DNA of 64,000 bases from an uncultured Candidatus Saccharibacteria bacterium (GTDB lineage Bacteria > Patescibacteriota > Minisyncoccia > Phycocordibacterales > GWA1-40-21). The DNA is taken from positions 3,834 to 67,833 of the forward strand of contig CAZTJK010000004.1 in NCBI GenBank assembly GCA_964613715.1, given 5' to 3'. Each line of letters begins with the position of its first letter. Position 1 is the stretch's first letter. Below, piece by piece: positions 1 to 9,571 of the stretch. A model generated the notes under the pieces. That model saw nothing but the letters and a program-made list of their open reading frames with translations. It did not search any database and was not told the DNA's origin. A program made the position numbers and the translations under genes.

Positions 1-493
1 CATCTTTTGCTGCGCCAGGCAGCGATACTTCGAAGAGTGTCATGCGGAGCGCCTTTAGTACCGGGCCTTTTTCTGCGCTGCTGCCAGAACGAAAACCAGC
101 CTTTACATATTGCACGAGGAAACGGTGGAAATCATCCTCAAGATGGGGATCCTTCAGCTTATCGACAATCTCAAGCGTGTTGAGCACGCCCTTCTCTTGA
201 AGGATCGTGACAAGCTCCGCCATCTGCTCATCATGTGGCTCGGGTGCGAGATCGAGGACGATCGATTCTGATTCTTGCCTAGAAAGCGCGAAATCAGGAT
301 GGAGCATGTCTTCTTTTCTCCGCGACGCATGCTCCGTCACCTGATGGGCGATGACTTCCTCATGGAGCGGTGTTTCCTTGCGATCGGCAAGCGCCTGCTC
401 ATGACGTGCCACTTCGCTTCTCAAGAATCGCAGCTCTTCCTCGGGCGATTTGAACTTCTGCTCTATTTTTTCAGGACCAAACTGCTCTGCCAT
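1..493 (-). CDS. Partial (5' end only) conserved hypothetical protein; resembles from memory the N-terminus of a large Parcubacteria protein often annotated as a VirB4/TraG-like ATPase
   Basis: Manual translation MAEQFGPEKIEQKFKSPEEELRFL...DPHLEDDFHRFLVQYVK, open to the window edge; TATACT -10 just upstream. The ATPase part is not visible here. Confidence 0.6.
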   Translation of the reverse strand, partial: MAEQFGPEKIEQKFKSPEEELRFLRSEVARHEQALADRKETPLHEEVIAHQVTEHASRRKEDMLHPDFALSRQESESIVLDLAPEPHDEQMAELVTILQEKGVLNTLEIVDKLKDPHLEDDFHRFLVQYVKAGFRSGSSAEKGPVLKALRMTLFEVSLPGAAKD

Positions 494-569
494 GGCTCAT
501 AGTATACCATAGGCGCCCGATGCTATCGGTAAAATTGTCCGAATCCGCGGCTCCTGCTAGAATAGGGCC

Positions 570-1589
570 ATGATGTCTTGGAAAAAATATCTGCGCTCTG
601 GCATAGCTGCACTACTCTTGATTGGAATCGGTTATGGTGCCGGCTACTTGCATACCGACGAATATACGAAAAATCTCATCAAGAATATAAAGCCGGTGCG
701 AGAAAACAATTTTAATTACAAGTTCATCTTCCCCCTCTTGCGCTATGATTTCGGCAATGCGCGAACCTATCTTGAGGACAAGACATTGGAACAGAAATTG
801 AATACCTATGTCGAAAACGAATACAGCAATAAGGCAGCTGGCAGCATTTCCATCTATGTTTCCGATTTGCTCGATAATTCATGGGCAGGCGTGAATCAGG
901 ATATCCAATATCATCCGGGCAGCATGATGAAAGTCATGATCATGATGGCGTATTTCCGCGAGTCGCAGCTTGATCCCCGCATCATGACGCAGTATCTGAC
1001 CTATACCAAGCAAGTAAGCGACGCAGTGAAGATGATCAATTATTCGACCCCGTCGAATCTGACGATCGGTGGAAGCTATACGATACAGAATCTCGTCGAG
1101 AATATGATCGAGAATTCCGACAATGGTGCCGAAACCCTCCTTGTCGCGAATGCGAACCAGAAAATCCTCAATGATATCTACCATGACCTCAATATCCGCG
1201 TCCCGACCGAAGTCCCGGATTTCACAATCTCGACGCGAAGCTATTCGGCATTCATACGCATTCTCTACAACTCAACCTATCTTATCGAAACAAATTCAGA
1301 AGAGGCATTATCCATTTTGAGTAAAACAAGCTTCAAAAGCGCCCTCGTTGCCGGCGTACCGTCCGATATTGTCGTCGCGCATAAGTACGGCGAGCGCGTC
1401 GACACGGATGCAAACGGAACCGTGACTGCAGTTGAATTGCATGATTGCGGTATCGTCTATGCCGAAAATCCATACCAGATTTGCGTGATGACGCGCGGAT
1501 CAAGCGAAAAGAGCCAGCAAGACCTCGCCGCAGTGATCAAGGATATCTCAACGATCGCGTATAATTACGCCAACAGCAAGTCGCAATAA
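570..1589 (+). CDS. Class A beta-lactamase-like serine hydrolase, N-terminally anchored
   Basis: SxxK (SMMK), SDN and HKYG motifs; N-terminal hydrophobic segment. Confidence 0.85.
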   Translation: MMSWKKYLRSGIAALLLIGIGYGAGYLHTDEYTKNLIKNIKPVRENNFNYKFIFPLLRYDFGNARTYLEDKTLEQKLNTYVENEYSNKAAGSISIYVSDLLDNSWAGVNQDIQYHPGSMMKVMIMMAYFRESQLDPRIMTQYLTYTKQVSDAVKMINYSTPSNLTIGGSYTIQNLVENMIENSDNGAETLLVANANQKILNDIYHDLNIRVPTEVPDFTISTRSYSAFIRILYNSTYLIETNSEEALSILSKTSFKSALVAGVPSDIVVAHKYGERVDTDANGTVTAVELHDCGIVYAENPYQICVMTRGSSEKSQQDLAAVIKDISTIAYNYANSKSQ

Positions 1590-1591
1590 GC

Positions 1592-1903
1592 CTAGAGCAC
1601 TTCGAGCGCTTTTCTTAATTTTTCACGGACCGAAATCAATATCGGCGTGTATTTGATGAATTCGCTTTTTACGATATCGTCCATGGTGATGGTCTCCGCC
1701 TGGGCAATGACCGCATCGAGCTCTTCCTCTGTGATGCCAGCCTTGTTGAGCAATATGGCAAACGGCAGTTTCGTATCAAAAATGTTTGAGCTGGCGAACA
1801 GCTCAGGATATACGTTTACGACCGATACGCGGGCGTACAGCTCTTCTTCCTCATTGCGGAATGCCAGATCATCATGATGTGAACCGTCAAAATTTTCTAC
1901 CAT
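1592..1903 (-). CDS. Hypothetical acidic protein
   Basis: 103 aa ORF directly downstream of map; no motif recognised. Confidence 0.6.
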   Translation of the reverse strand: MVENFDGSHHDDLAFRNEEEELYARVSVVNVYPELFASSNIFDTKLPFAILLNKAGITEEELDAVIAQAETITMDDIVKSEFIKYTPILISVREKLRKALEVL

Positions 1904-1906
1904 GAA

Positions 1907-2680
1907 TTATAAGGATTTCGTGAGTATTTCAGGCTCGCCATTCGTGATGAGAATCGTGTGCTCGAAATGCGCGCTGCGCTTGCCGTCTCTTGTTTTGTAG
2001 GTATAGCCGTCTTTGTCCAAATAGACATCTTTCGATCCTTCGTTCAGCATCGGCTCTATCGCAAGGACCATGCCAGGCTTCAGCTTGTCGCCTGCGCCAC
2101 GGTCGCCATAATTTGGCACATAAGGATCTTCGTGGATCTTATAGCCGACGCCGTGCCCGCAGAGATCCTCAACAACCGAAAGACCTGCTGCTTTCGCTGT
2201 GCGGCTGACCGCAAAGCCGATATCGCCGGTATGTTTGCCGCCTTTTGCTGCCTTGATGCCGGCATAGAGCGATTCTTCCGTGACCGCGAGCATTTTCTTC
2301 CCGACTGCATCGCCGGTGCCGGCAATGACCGTGCGCGCGGAATCCACGATAAGACCCTCGTGCGTCAGGCACATGTCGAGCGACACCATATCCCCATCCT
2401 TGATTATTTTCGGCGATTCGTTCGGAATGCCGTGCACCACCTCGTCATTTATTGAAATGCATATCGATGCGGGATACGGCCGCTTGGATCCTTTCGGCTT
2501 ATAGTTCAAGGTGGACGGATAATCGCCGAGATCGCGAGCCAGCTGGTCAGCAAGGTTGTTGAGCTCGAGAGTCGAGACTCCCGGCTTCACGGCAAGCGCA
2601 ACCGCCTGCAAAATAGAAGCAAGGCGGCGCCCTCCTTCGCGCATGATTGCTATGTCCTCTTTCGTTTTGATGGTAATCAT
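1907..2680 (-). CDS. map: Methionine aminopeptidase type I
   Basis: SINDEVVHGIP, GHGVG..IHEDP, AIEPM, SAHFEHT motifs; follows secY-adk. Confidence 0.97.
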   Translation of the reverse strand: MITIKTKEDIAIMREGGRRLASILQAVALAVKPGVSTLELNNLADQLARDLGDYPSTLNYKPKGSKRPYPASICISINDEVVHGIPNESPKIIKDGDMVSLDMCLTHEGLIVDSARTVIAGTGDAVGKKMLAVTEESLYAGIKAAKGGKHTGDIGFAVSRTAKAAGLSVVEDLCGHGVGYKIHEDPYVPNYGDRGAGDKLKPGMVLAIEPMLNEGSKDVYLDKDGYTYKTRDGKRSAHFEHTILITNGEPEILTKSL

Positions 2681-3309
2681 GTGATGAGATGCGTTTTGCG
2701 CATGATCTCTTCGTGAATCGCCTCAACCGATTGTTCACCGTTGATATCGAGCACGATGCAGTCCTTATTGGTGCGGAAAAACTGGATAGCCGGCACGACA
2801 TCCTTCTCGAACCAGTTCATGCGATGCTCGATAGCCTCCGTATTGTCATCGCCCCGAGCGCGGGAAAGCAAACGCATGGTCGCCGATTCCCGGGAAACAT
2901 CGATATGCAGGATCTTGTATTTGCTGATATTCAAAAAGCGCATCGTATTGGCAAGAAATACTGCCTCGACGAGCTTTCGCGGAGCGCCATCGAAAATAAG
3001 CTGTTCAGTGCCCGTGAAGCGACTGGCCAGATAATTGATCCAGGTGCCGACAACGATCGGGTCAGGCGCAAGCTCGCCGGCCGTCATCATGTTTTTGACG
3101 ATTTTCTGGATATACGAATCCCCTTTCGCGTATTCACGAAGCAATGCACCGGTCTCAATATGCAAATACTTCACCTGCGCCGCCTCGAACGCTTTTTTCA
3201 GGAGTTCTACCTGCGTCCCTTTGCCACAGCCGGACCTGCCGATAAAGACATAGGCGGATGGCTCCATGGGAACGTAGTTTTGGGAGCTTTTTGTGAAGAA
3301 ATTGAACAT
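2677..3309 (-). CDS. adk: Adenylate kinase (short, LID-less type)
   Basis: P-loop GRSGCGKGTQ, DGAPR, RGDD; between secY and map; start moved to the ATG following TGcTATACT. Confidence 0.88.
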   Translation of the reverse strand: MFNFFTKSSQNYVPMEPSAYVFIGRSGCGKGTQVELLKKAFEAAQVKYLHIETGALLREYAKGDSYIQKIVKNMMTAGELAPDPIVVGTWINYLASRFTGTEQLIFDGAPRKLVEAVFLANTMRFLNISKYKILHIDVSRESATMRLLSRARGDDNTEAIEHRMNWFEKDVVPAIQFFRTNKDCIVLDINGEQSVEAIHEEIMRKTHLIT

Positions 3310-3347
3310 CACAGAGAGTATAGCAAAGCAGGCGAAAAAGCCAAATA

Positions 3348-3378
3348 AAAGTGGCGCGCCCGCTGGGCGCGCCACTTT
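3348..3378 (-). terminator. Intrinsic terminator-like hairpin after secY
   Basis: AAAGTGGCGCGCCC-GCT-GGGCGCGCCACTTT inverted repeat with T-run on the minus strand. Confidence 0.7.
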
Positions 3379-3392
3379 CGGATGAACGAGGA

Positions 3393-4664
3393 TTAATATT
3401 CCCGCATCGTGACCTGCGCCTCGATTTTCTTGATGAGATCAATGACGACGGAGACGACAATGAGAAGCGCGGTACCGCCAAGCGCGATCGAGGTAATACC
3501 TGAAAGCGATCGGACTACGAGCGGCAAGACAGCGACAATGCCGAGAAAGAGCGCGCCGACGAGCGTAATGCGGGTCAACACTTTGGCAAGATACTCGGAA
3601 GTCGCCTGGCCTGGGCGGACGCCGGGAATGAATGCGCCCGATTGCTGCAAGTTCTTCGCGATCTGATCGGGATCAAATGTAACGGCGGTATAGAAATACG
3701 TGAAGATGAAGACGAAGACGAAGTAGAGCGCCATATAGATCCACTGATTCGAGATGAAGTCATTCAGCGTCGTCGCAATGGACTTGAGAACCGGATTGGT
3801 CGCGACCTGGGCAACGAACTTGAAAATCATCTGCGGGAACAAGAGAATCGACATACCAAAGATTATCGGAATAACGCCTGACTGGTTCACGCGCAGCGGC
3901 AGATAGGTCGAGACACCGCCAGAGACCGTGCCGCCGCGTACCGTTTTGGCATAGGTGACCGGAATCGGCCGTTCTGCTTCAGAAACAAATACCACGCCAT
4001 AAATGACCGCGATTGCAATCACGAGAAAGAGCACATAGGTCGGGATCTGCGACACATCGAAAATGAGTCCGAACTGCTTGATATGCGTCGGCAAGTTTGC
4101 CACGATGCCGGCGAAAATGAGCATGGATGTGCCGTTACCGATACCGAATTCAGTCATAAGCTCTCCAAGCCACATCATCAAGAGCGAACCTGCGACAATG
4201 ATAATGATATTGACGATCATGGCCGTCAGGCCGAGATTCGAAAGCACGCCCGCCTTTGCAAGGATCGTAAGAAATGCAAAGCCCTGGATGCAAGCAATCG
4301 GCACCGTGATCAGGCGCGAAACCTGGTTGAATTTCCTGCGGCCGATCTCCCCTTCCTCCTGATACATGGCCTTGAGCTTCTTCGAAAGAAGCGTGAGCAC
4401 CTGCATGACGATAGACGCCGTGATATACGGACCGACGCCAAGCATCACGATCGAGAGCTTGCTCATGCCGCCGCCCGAGAAAATATTCAAAAAGCTGAAA
4501 AATTCGCTGCCAGAAAAGAATTCAGCGAGCTTTGCCGGATTGATGCCCGGGATCGGAATGACTGCAAGTACGCGGGAAATACAGAGTCCGAAGAGGACAA
4601 AGAGGATCCGACCCCGCAAAGTGCGGTCTTTGAATACTGTCGTTATTTTTTCCCAAAAGTTCAT
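3393..4664 (-). CDS. secY: Preprotein translocase subunit SecY
   Basis: LGVGPYITASIVMQ, GIGNGTSMLIFAGI, FIPGVRPG, GGTALLIVV; multiple TM helices. Confidence 0.98.
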   Translation of the reverse strand: MNFWEKITTVFKDRTLRGRILFVLFGLCISRVLAVIPIPGINPAKLAEFFSGSEFFSFLNIFSGGGMSKLSIVMLGVGPYITASIVMQVLTLLSKKLKAMYQEEGEIGRRKFNQVSRLITVPIACIQGFAFLTILAKAGVLSNLGLTAMIVNIIIIVAGSLLMMWLGELMTEFGIGNGTSMLIFAGIVANLPTHIKQFGLIFDVSQIPTYVLFLVIAIAVIYGVVFVSEAERPIPVTYAKTVRGGTVSGGVSTYLPLRVNQSGVIPIIFGMSILLFPQMIFKFVAQVATNPVLKSIATTLNDFISNQWIYMALYFVFVFIFTYFYTAVTFDPDQIAKNLQQSGAFIPGVRPGQATSEYLAKVLTRITLVGALFLGIVAVLPLVVRSLSGITSIALGGTALLIVVSVVIDLIKKIEAQVTMREY

Positions 4665-4668
4665 AGGG

Positions 4669-5100
4669 TTATTTCACCGTGCCTCCTGCCTTCTCTATCT
4701 TGGCTTTCGCTTCGGCCGATACGAGGCAACCCGTCACGACGAGCTTTTTCGAGAGATCGCCAGTCGCAAGGATCTTCACGATCGGATTTGTGCCGCCGAA
4801 AAGCTCGATAGCACCTTTCTCCACGAGTGTTTTCGGGCTGACGGTTGCGCCCGCCACAAAGAGTGAGTCAAGTGCCGCGATATTCACCGCAACCGGCTTT
4901 TCATTCTTGCTATTGAACGCGTAGCCGCGAAGCTTCGGCATACGCTTGATGATATCGCGCATTTCCGGGCGAGCTTTGTGTCCGGCGCGGGCAGTCTGGC
5001 CCTTGCCGCCGCGGCCCGAGGTCTTGCCGCGCTTGCCGCCGCGGCCAATGAGCGGATATTTCTTGTTCTTCGTCTTTCGCTTGAGTTCGTGTATTTTCAT
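4669..5100 (-). CDS. rplO: 50S ribosomal protein L15
   Basis: GRGGKRGKTSGRGGKGQTARAG; position upstream of secY. Confidence 0.97.
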   Translation of the reverse strand: MKIHELKRKTKNKKYPLIGRGGKRGKTSGRGGKGQTARAGHKARPEMRDIIKRMPKLRGYAFNSKNEKPVAVNIAALDSLFVAGATVSPKTLVEKGAIELFGGTNPIVKILATGDLSKKLVVTGCLVSAEAKAKIEKAGGTVK

Positions 5101-5111
5101 GGTCGTATGCG

Positions 5112-5750
5112 TTATTGCGCTGTCGCTTCCGTTTTCTCTGATGCCGGCTTTTCCGAAACTGCTGATTTCTTGTTGAATGCCGAGAGGGCAAGCAGGGTCG
5201 CGCGGGCGATATTGAGCTTGTTCTTGGATGGCGAGATGATCTTGCCGGTAATATCATGAATGCCTGCAAGCTCGATCACGTTCTGAAGAGCGCTGCCGGC
5301 GGATACACCCCTGCCCTTTGCCGGCATGAGGACGATGCGGCCGCTCGAGTATTTGGCGCTCACCTGATGCGGAATAGACATGGTCTTGGTCAGCTGCAAA
5401 TGCATCAGGTTCTTTTTGGCGCTGCGATATGCCTTGTCGATCGCTGCCGAAGTGTCATTGGCCTTTCCGGTGCCGACGCCGACAGCGCCTTTCTTATTGC
5501 CGATAACGACGGCGATGGAGAAATTCATGCGCTTGCCGCCCTTGGTCACACGGGTAACGCGGCGGATGGTAAGGATTTTCTGATCGAACTCCGGCTTGAC
5601 GCGCTCGCCGCGCGGGCCGCCGCCCCTGCGCGGATTTTTCATGCGATCATCCCGTCCTGAGCGCTTGCCAAACGGCGCATGCGCTTTCGGCGCCATGGCT
5701 GCTGCCGGTGCTGCTGTCGTATTCGTAGGTTGTGATGTGGTGGTGTCCAT
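5112..5750 (-). CDS. rpsE: 30S ribosomal protein S5
   Basis: IRRVTRVTKGGKRMNFSIAVVIGN..GVGTGKA. Confidence 0.97.
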   Translation of the reverse strand: MDTTTSQPTNTTAAPAAAMAPKAHAPFGKRSGRDDRMKNPRRGGGPRGERVKPEFDQKILTIRRVTRVTKGGKRMNFSIAVVIGNKKGAVGVGTGKANDTSAAIDKAYRSAKKNLMHLQLTKTMSIPHQVSAKYSSGRIVLMPAKGRGVSAGSALQNVIELAGIHDITGKIISPSKNKLNIARATLLALSAFNKKSAVSEKPASEKTEATAQ

Positions 5751-5758
5751 AAATGAAT

Positions 5759-6109
5759 TTAAAATTGCAAGCCCCCTTCGCGCGCGCCATCGGCGAATGC
5801 CTTGATCTTGCCGGTATAGATGAAGCCGCCGCGATCGAACACGACTTTCTTCACGCCTTTGGCGAGCGCGAGCTTGGCGATTTCCTTGCCGGCATTCTTC
5901 GATTTCTCGAGGGTGCTCTTGCCGGTGGCCTTGTCTGTTGAATAGGCAACGAGCGTTGCGCCGAGCGCATCATTGACGAGCTGGCCATAGACTGCGGTAT
6001 TCGATTTGTATACCGAAAGGCGCGGACGCTCTGCGGTGCCCGAGACCTTTGCGCGGATGCGCGCATGGCGGACTTTGATCTTTGCTGCTTTGGTGACTGC
6101 GGTATTCAT
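5759..6109 (-). CDS. rplR: 50S ribosomal protein L18
   Basis: GTAERPRLSVYKSN; VVFDRGGFIYTGKIKAFADGAREGGL. Confidence 0.97.
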   Translation of the reverse strand: MNTAVTKAAKIKVRHARIRAKVSGTAERPRLSVYKSNTAVYGQLVNDALGATLVAYSTDKATGKSTLEKSKNAGKEIAKLALAKGVKKVVFDRGGFIYTGKIKAFADGAREGGLQF

Positions 6110-6118
6110 ATGCGTGTA

Positions 6119-6652
6119 TTAGGCTGTTTTCTTGCCCTCCTTGCGACGGACTACTTCGTTTTCGAAGCGGATGCCTTTGCCCTTGTATGGCTCCGGCTTT
6201 TTGATGGCGCGCAGGCTTGCGGCAAAGCTTGAAACAAGCTCCTTGTCGATGCCGCTGATAACGAGAACGCCTTTATCGGAAGCAACTTTGATGCCCTTCG
6301 GAATCGCGACCTTGACCGGGTGCGAGAAGCCGAGCTTCATATTGATTTCAGCTGGCGTCACGTCTGCCTTGTAGCCGATACCTTCAACAACCATGCGCTC
6401 AGTGAACTCCTTGTTCACACCCGCAATCATATTTTTGATATGAGATGCATAGGTGCCCCAGAGTGCCTTGTTCTCAAGGGTTTCCTTGGCTGGCACGAGC
6501 GATACCATATTACCTTCGACGGCAATCGCGATATTCGATTTGAACGGGCGTGAGAGCTCGCCGAGCGGGCCTTTCACGGACACCGAACCGCTACCAACCT
6601 TCACCTCGGTCTTTTCGGGAATCGCTATTCCTTTTTTCGCAATGCGTGACAT
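6119..6652 (-). CDS. rplF: 50S ribosomal protein L6
   Basis: MSRIAKK, VKGPLGEL, LGFSHPV, PEPYKGKGI. Confidence 0.98.
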   Translation of the reverse strand: MSRIAKKGIAIPEKTEVKVGSGSVSVKGPLGELSRPFKSNIAIAVEGNMVSLVPAKETLENKALWGTYASHIKNMIAGVNKEFTERMVVEGIGYKADVTPAEINMKLGFSHPVKVAIPKGIKVASDKGVLVISGIDKELVSSFAASLRAIKKPEPYKGKGIRFENEVVRRKEGKKTA

Positions 6653-6664
6653 GAATATGAATGA

Positions 6665-7057
6665 TTACCAGATGCGGAACATTTCCTCGCCGCCGACTTT
6701 CTGCTTCACGGCTTCCTTATCGATCAGGATGCCTTTCGGGGTCGAGAAAATAGTAGCGCCGAAACCGTTCTTGAACGGCTTGATATCGGCAGCAGCCTTG
6801 TAGATGCGGCGGGACGGCTTTGAGACGCGGGCGACATCAGTAACTTTCGGCATTTTGTCCGCGGTATATGCGAGGCCAAGTTCGAGCGTCTTGCCATCAT
6901 TCGTCTTCGATACAGACGTAAGAAATCCGGCACGCATCAGGGCGTGAGCGACCGCTTCTTTGAGCAGGGATGCCGGAACAGCCGCCGATGCCTTGCCGAC
7001 GCGGTTGGCATTCTTGATGCGGATAATGAGATCGCCGATTTTGTCAGTGACTACCAT
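6665..7057 (-). CDS. rpsH: 30S ribosomal protein S8
   Basis: [33 protein letters not shown]. Confidence 0.97.
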   Translation of the reverse strand: MVVTDKIGDLIIRIKNANRVGKASAAVPASLLKEAVAHALMRAGFLTSVSKTNDGKTLELGLAYTADKMPKVTDVARVSKPSRRIYKAAADIKPFKNGFGATIFSTPKGILIDKEAVKQKVGGEEMFRIW

Positions 7058-7236
7058 GATGATTTCTTGATACCTGGAATTTTTCCGTCATTGGCAAATT
7101 CGCGGAAGCAGATTCTGCAAAGATCAAAATCCCGCATATAGCCGTGCTTGCGGCCGCAGCGGAAACAGCGTCTCACCACGCGTGAGGCGAATTTTGGCTT
7201 CCGTTTTGAGCGGTCAATGACTGATTTTTTTGCCAT
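7051..7236 (-). CDS. rpsN: 30S ribosomal protein S14 (zinc-binding type Z)
   Basis: [28 protein letters not shown], 61 aa. Confidence 0.97.
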   Translation of the reverse strand: MAKKSVIDRSKRKPKFASRVVRRCFRCGRKHGYMRDFDLCRICFREFANDGKIPGIKKSSW

Positions 7237-7272
7237 GTCCAAATAAAAAAGCTCGAAAAAGCTTGTCAGAGC

Positions 7273-7301
7273 ATACTAGCAAGGACAGATAGCAAAGTCA
7301 A
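7273..7301 (-). promoter_or_regulatory. Sigma70-type promoter restarting the rpsN-secY segment
   Basis: TTGACT-17 nt-TAGTAT on the minus strand, TG extension present. Confidence 0.65.
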
Positions 7302-7326
7302 TGGTGAATCCGCCTGCCTGGGCAAG

Positions 7327-7361
7327 AAAAAACCCGAATGGAACGGTCCATTCGGGTTTTT
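7327..7361 (-). terminator. Terminator after the orphan gene
   Basis: AAAAACCCGAATGGA-ACGG-TCCATTCGGGTTTTT. Confidence 0.75.
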
Positions 7362-7363
7362 GG

Positions 7364-7762
7364 TCAGTGGCGAAAAAATGATACATAGCAGCGCACGGCA
7401 CCGGCAACACAGAGCCAGGTAGGCACAAGCCTCGCCACAATCGGCCACCATGCTTGCTTGACGGTCAATTGCACCGTATAGAGCGATGCGAGCATGAAGA
7501 AAGCCCATATCGGCAATGCTTTGGAATCGGCAACAATATGGCAGCCTACCGCTACCCCGATCCCGCTATTTATGCAAATGCCGATAAGCGGATCCCGGGA
7601 TGCTTCACCAGCGAAATACAGCGCGAGGATAACCGTGACCACTACAATACCCACGAGTATCGGCATGGTATCCTTCTGCGGTATCGCGGATAGGATGAAA
7701 ACAATAGTTACTACTAGACCCCAAAAAGCCCCTACTTTCGAACAAATATCAAGCTGCTGCAT
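7364..7762 (-). CDS. Orphan integral membrane protein inserted between rplE and rpsN
   Basis: 132 aa with about 4-5 hydrophobic segments; SD AGGGGAGG; own promoter TTGACT-17-TATATA. Confidence 0.7.
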   Translation of the reverse strand: MQQLDICSKVGAFWGLVVTIVFILSAIPQKDTMPILVGIVVVTVILALYFAGEASRDPLIGICINSGIGVAVGCHIVADSKALPIWAFFMLASLYTVQLTVKQAWWPIVARLVPTWLCVAGAVRCYVSFFRH

Positions 7763-7827
7763 GATCGTCCTCCCCTGTCAAAATAGCATCTGCAGTATAT
7801 ATACAGGGAGCTGAATGCGGAGTCAAG

Positions 7828-7855
7828 AAAAATCCCCGCGAGCGCGGGGATTTTT
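7828..7855 (-). terminator. Terminator after rplE
   Basis: AAAAATCCCCGCG-AG-CGCGGGGATTTTT. Confidence 0.75.
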
Positions 7856-8421
7856 TATTTTTTGCCTTTTTTGCCTTCGTCTTCCTTCTTGAATGGGAAG
7901 CCGAGATATTCGAGAAATGCGCGGGCTGATTTCTTATCCTTCGTGCTCATAACGATGGTCACACCCATGCCAAAGACATCCTTGAGCTCTTCGTCGGCAG
8001 ATTCTGGAAACACTGTGTTCTCCTTGATCGCGATGGTGAAGTTACCCATGCTGTCGATCGCATTGGCTGAAAGGCCGCGGAAGTCCTTGGTGCGTGGAAA
8101 AACGACTGCAACGAGCTTATTGAGGAAATCAAACATGTGTGGGCCGCGCAGCGTCACCTGATAGCCGACTGGATCACCCTGTCGCACCTTGAAGGTTGCC
8201 ACTGATTTCTTCGCGACGCGGAGGACCGGCTTCTGGCCGGTGATTTTCTTCAAGCGGTCTTCAACGATTTTCTGCTTGTTCTTGTCCTTGAACGAGCCGA
8301 CGCCGACATTGATCGACACCTTCTCTATTTTCGGAGACTGCATCTTGTTTGTGATGCCGAGCTTCTCATGCAAAGCAGCAAATGCCTTATTCTGTTTTTC
8401 TTTGAGTGATATCATGGTCAT
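7855..8421 (-). CDS. rplE: 50S ribosomal protein L5
   Basis: ITGQKP..AKKSVATFKVRQG, PRTKDFRG, GNFTI. Confidence 0.97.
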   Translation of the reverse strand: MTMISLKEKQNKAFAALHEKLGITNKMQSPKIEKVSINVGVGSFKDKNKQKIVEDRLKKITGQKPVLRVAKKSVATFKVRQGDPVGYQVTLRGPHMFDFLNKLVAVVFPRTKDFRGLSANAIDSMGNFTIAIKENTVFPESADEELKDVFGMGVTIVMSTKDKKSARAFLEYLGFPFKKEDEGKKGKK

Positions 8422-8424
8422 TAT

Positions 8425-8724
8425 TTAAATCTCCTGGCCGTTCTTCTTGTTGATGCGGACATATGTTCCGCCGATCGCCTTCTTCCCGACGCGCGCGCCC
8501 TTGCCGCCATGATTGATCATGACATTCGAAACATGGACCGGCATGGCTTTTTCAATCACCTGCCCTTTGGCACCCGAACGGCCGGCGCGCTGATGCTTTT
8601 TATGCATATTCACGCCCTCGACGAGCACGAGGTCCTGCTTGGGAAAAGCAGCGACGACTTTGCCCGTCTTTCCCTTGTCCTTGCCGGCGATCACTATGAC
8701 ATTGTCTCCTGTTTTGATTTTCAT
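8425..8724 (-). CDS. rplX: 50S ribosomal protein L24
   Basis: KOW motif GDNVIVIAGKDKGKTG; PVHVSNV. Confidence 0.97.
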   Translation of the reverse strand: MKIKTGDNVIVIAGKDKGKTGKVVAAFPKQDLVLVEGVNMHKKHQRAGRSGAKGQVIEKAMPVHVSNVMINHGGKGARVGKKAIGGTYVRINKKNGQEI

Positions 8725-8729
8725 GATGG

Positions 8730-9101
8730 TTATACTATTTCAGGGGCAAGAGACGCGATTTTCTTGAATCCGAGATCAGCGATTTCGCGCGGAATCGGGC
8801 CGAAAATGCGGCCGGCGATCGGCTCATGCTTTACCTTTTCGATAATGACGACGGCATTTTCGTCGAAGCGGATATAGGATCCGTCCGCGCGGCGGAACGG
8901 TTTTCTCTGGCGCACGATGACGCCGTACAAAATATCCTTTTTCTTGACCTGCTTGCGAGGCTCTGCCTTCTGCACGGACAGGACGACAATTTCGCCGATT
9001 TCCGCCCAGCGCTTCTTCGAGCTGCCGAGCACCTTGAAGATGCGTCCGATTTTTGCTCCGGAATTGTCAGTGACGTTTACGAGTGATCGATCTTGTATCA
9101 T
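8730..9101 (-). CDS. rplN: 50S ribosomal protein L14
   Basis: DNSGAK, DGSYIRFDENAVV, RIFGP, SLAPEIV. Confidence 0.98.
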   Translation of the reverse strand: MIQDRSLVNVTDNSGAKIGRIFKVLGSSKKRWAEIGEIVVLSVQKAEPRKQVKKKDILYGVIVRQRKPFRRADGSYIRFDENAVVIIEKVKHEPIAGRIFGPIPREIADLGFKKIASLAPEIV

Positions 9102-9112
9102 GGCAGTGTCTA

Positions 9113-9370
9113 TTACTTGGTTTCAAGCACCATAAAATGCTTGTTTTTTGAAATCGGCTTGGTCTCGACAATCGTGACCACCTCGCCTTCCTTGTGCTTG
9201 TTGCCGAGGTCATGCGCCATAATCTTGTTCTGGCGCTTGATGAACTTGCCGTATTTCGGATGCTTCTTGAACGAATCGACGGATACCACGACCGTATCTT
9301 TCATTTTGGTCGATACGATAGTGCCGGTGATTTTCTTGCCTGTATGCTGTTGTGTCTGTTTGGTAACCAT
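9113..9370 (-). CDS. rpsQ: 30S ribosomal protein S17
   Basis: GTIVSTKMKDTVVV, HPKYGK, ETKPISKNKHF. Confidence 0.97.
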   Translation of the reverse strand: MVTKQTQQHTGKKITGTIVSTKMKDTVVVSVDSFKKHPKYGKFIKRQNKIMAHDLGNKHKEGEVVTIVETKPISKNKHFMVLETK

Positions 9371-9378
9371 GGTTGTTG

Positions 9379-9567
9379 TTATGCCTTCATTTCGCGGATA
9401 ACCGTGCGGATCTGGGCAATCTCCTTTCTCAGGTTGCGGGACATTTTAGTATTCTTATTCTTGCTGCCCGCATTGCCAAATGCGATATCGACAAGTGCCT
9501 TGGTCTTGTCGGCAAGATCCTTGCCCAATTCGCCCATATTCTTTTTTCGGATATCCTTGGTATTCAT
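9379..9567 (-). CDS. rpmC: 50S ribosomal protein L29
   Basis: 62 aa MNTKDIRKK...LRKEIAQIRT between rplP and rpsQ; start corrected to ATG at 9567. Confidence 0.9.
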   Translation of the reverse strand: MNTKDIRKKNMGELGKDLADKTKALVDIAFGNAGSKNKNTKMSRNLRKEIAQIRTVIREMKA

Positions 9568-9571
9568 AGTA

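Noticed and set aside
570-1589. Antibiotic-resistance beta-lactamase
   Set aside because: Fold motifs are present, but no clear omega-loop Glu166 equivalent and KYG replaces KTG; more likely a cell-wall-related serine hydrolase
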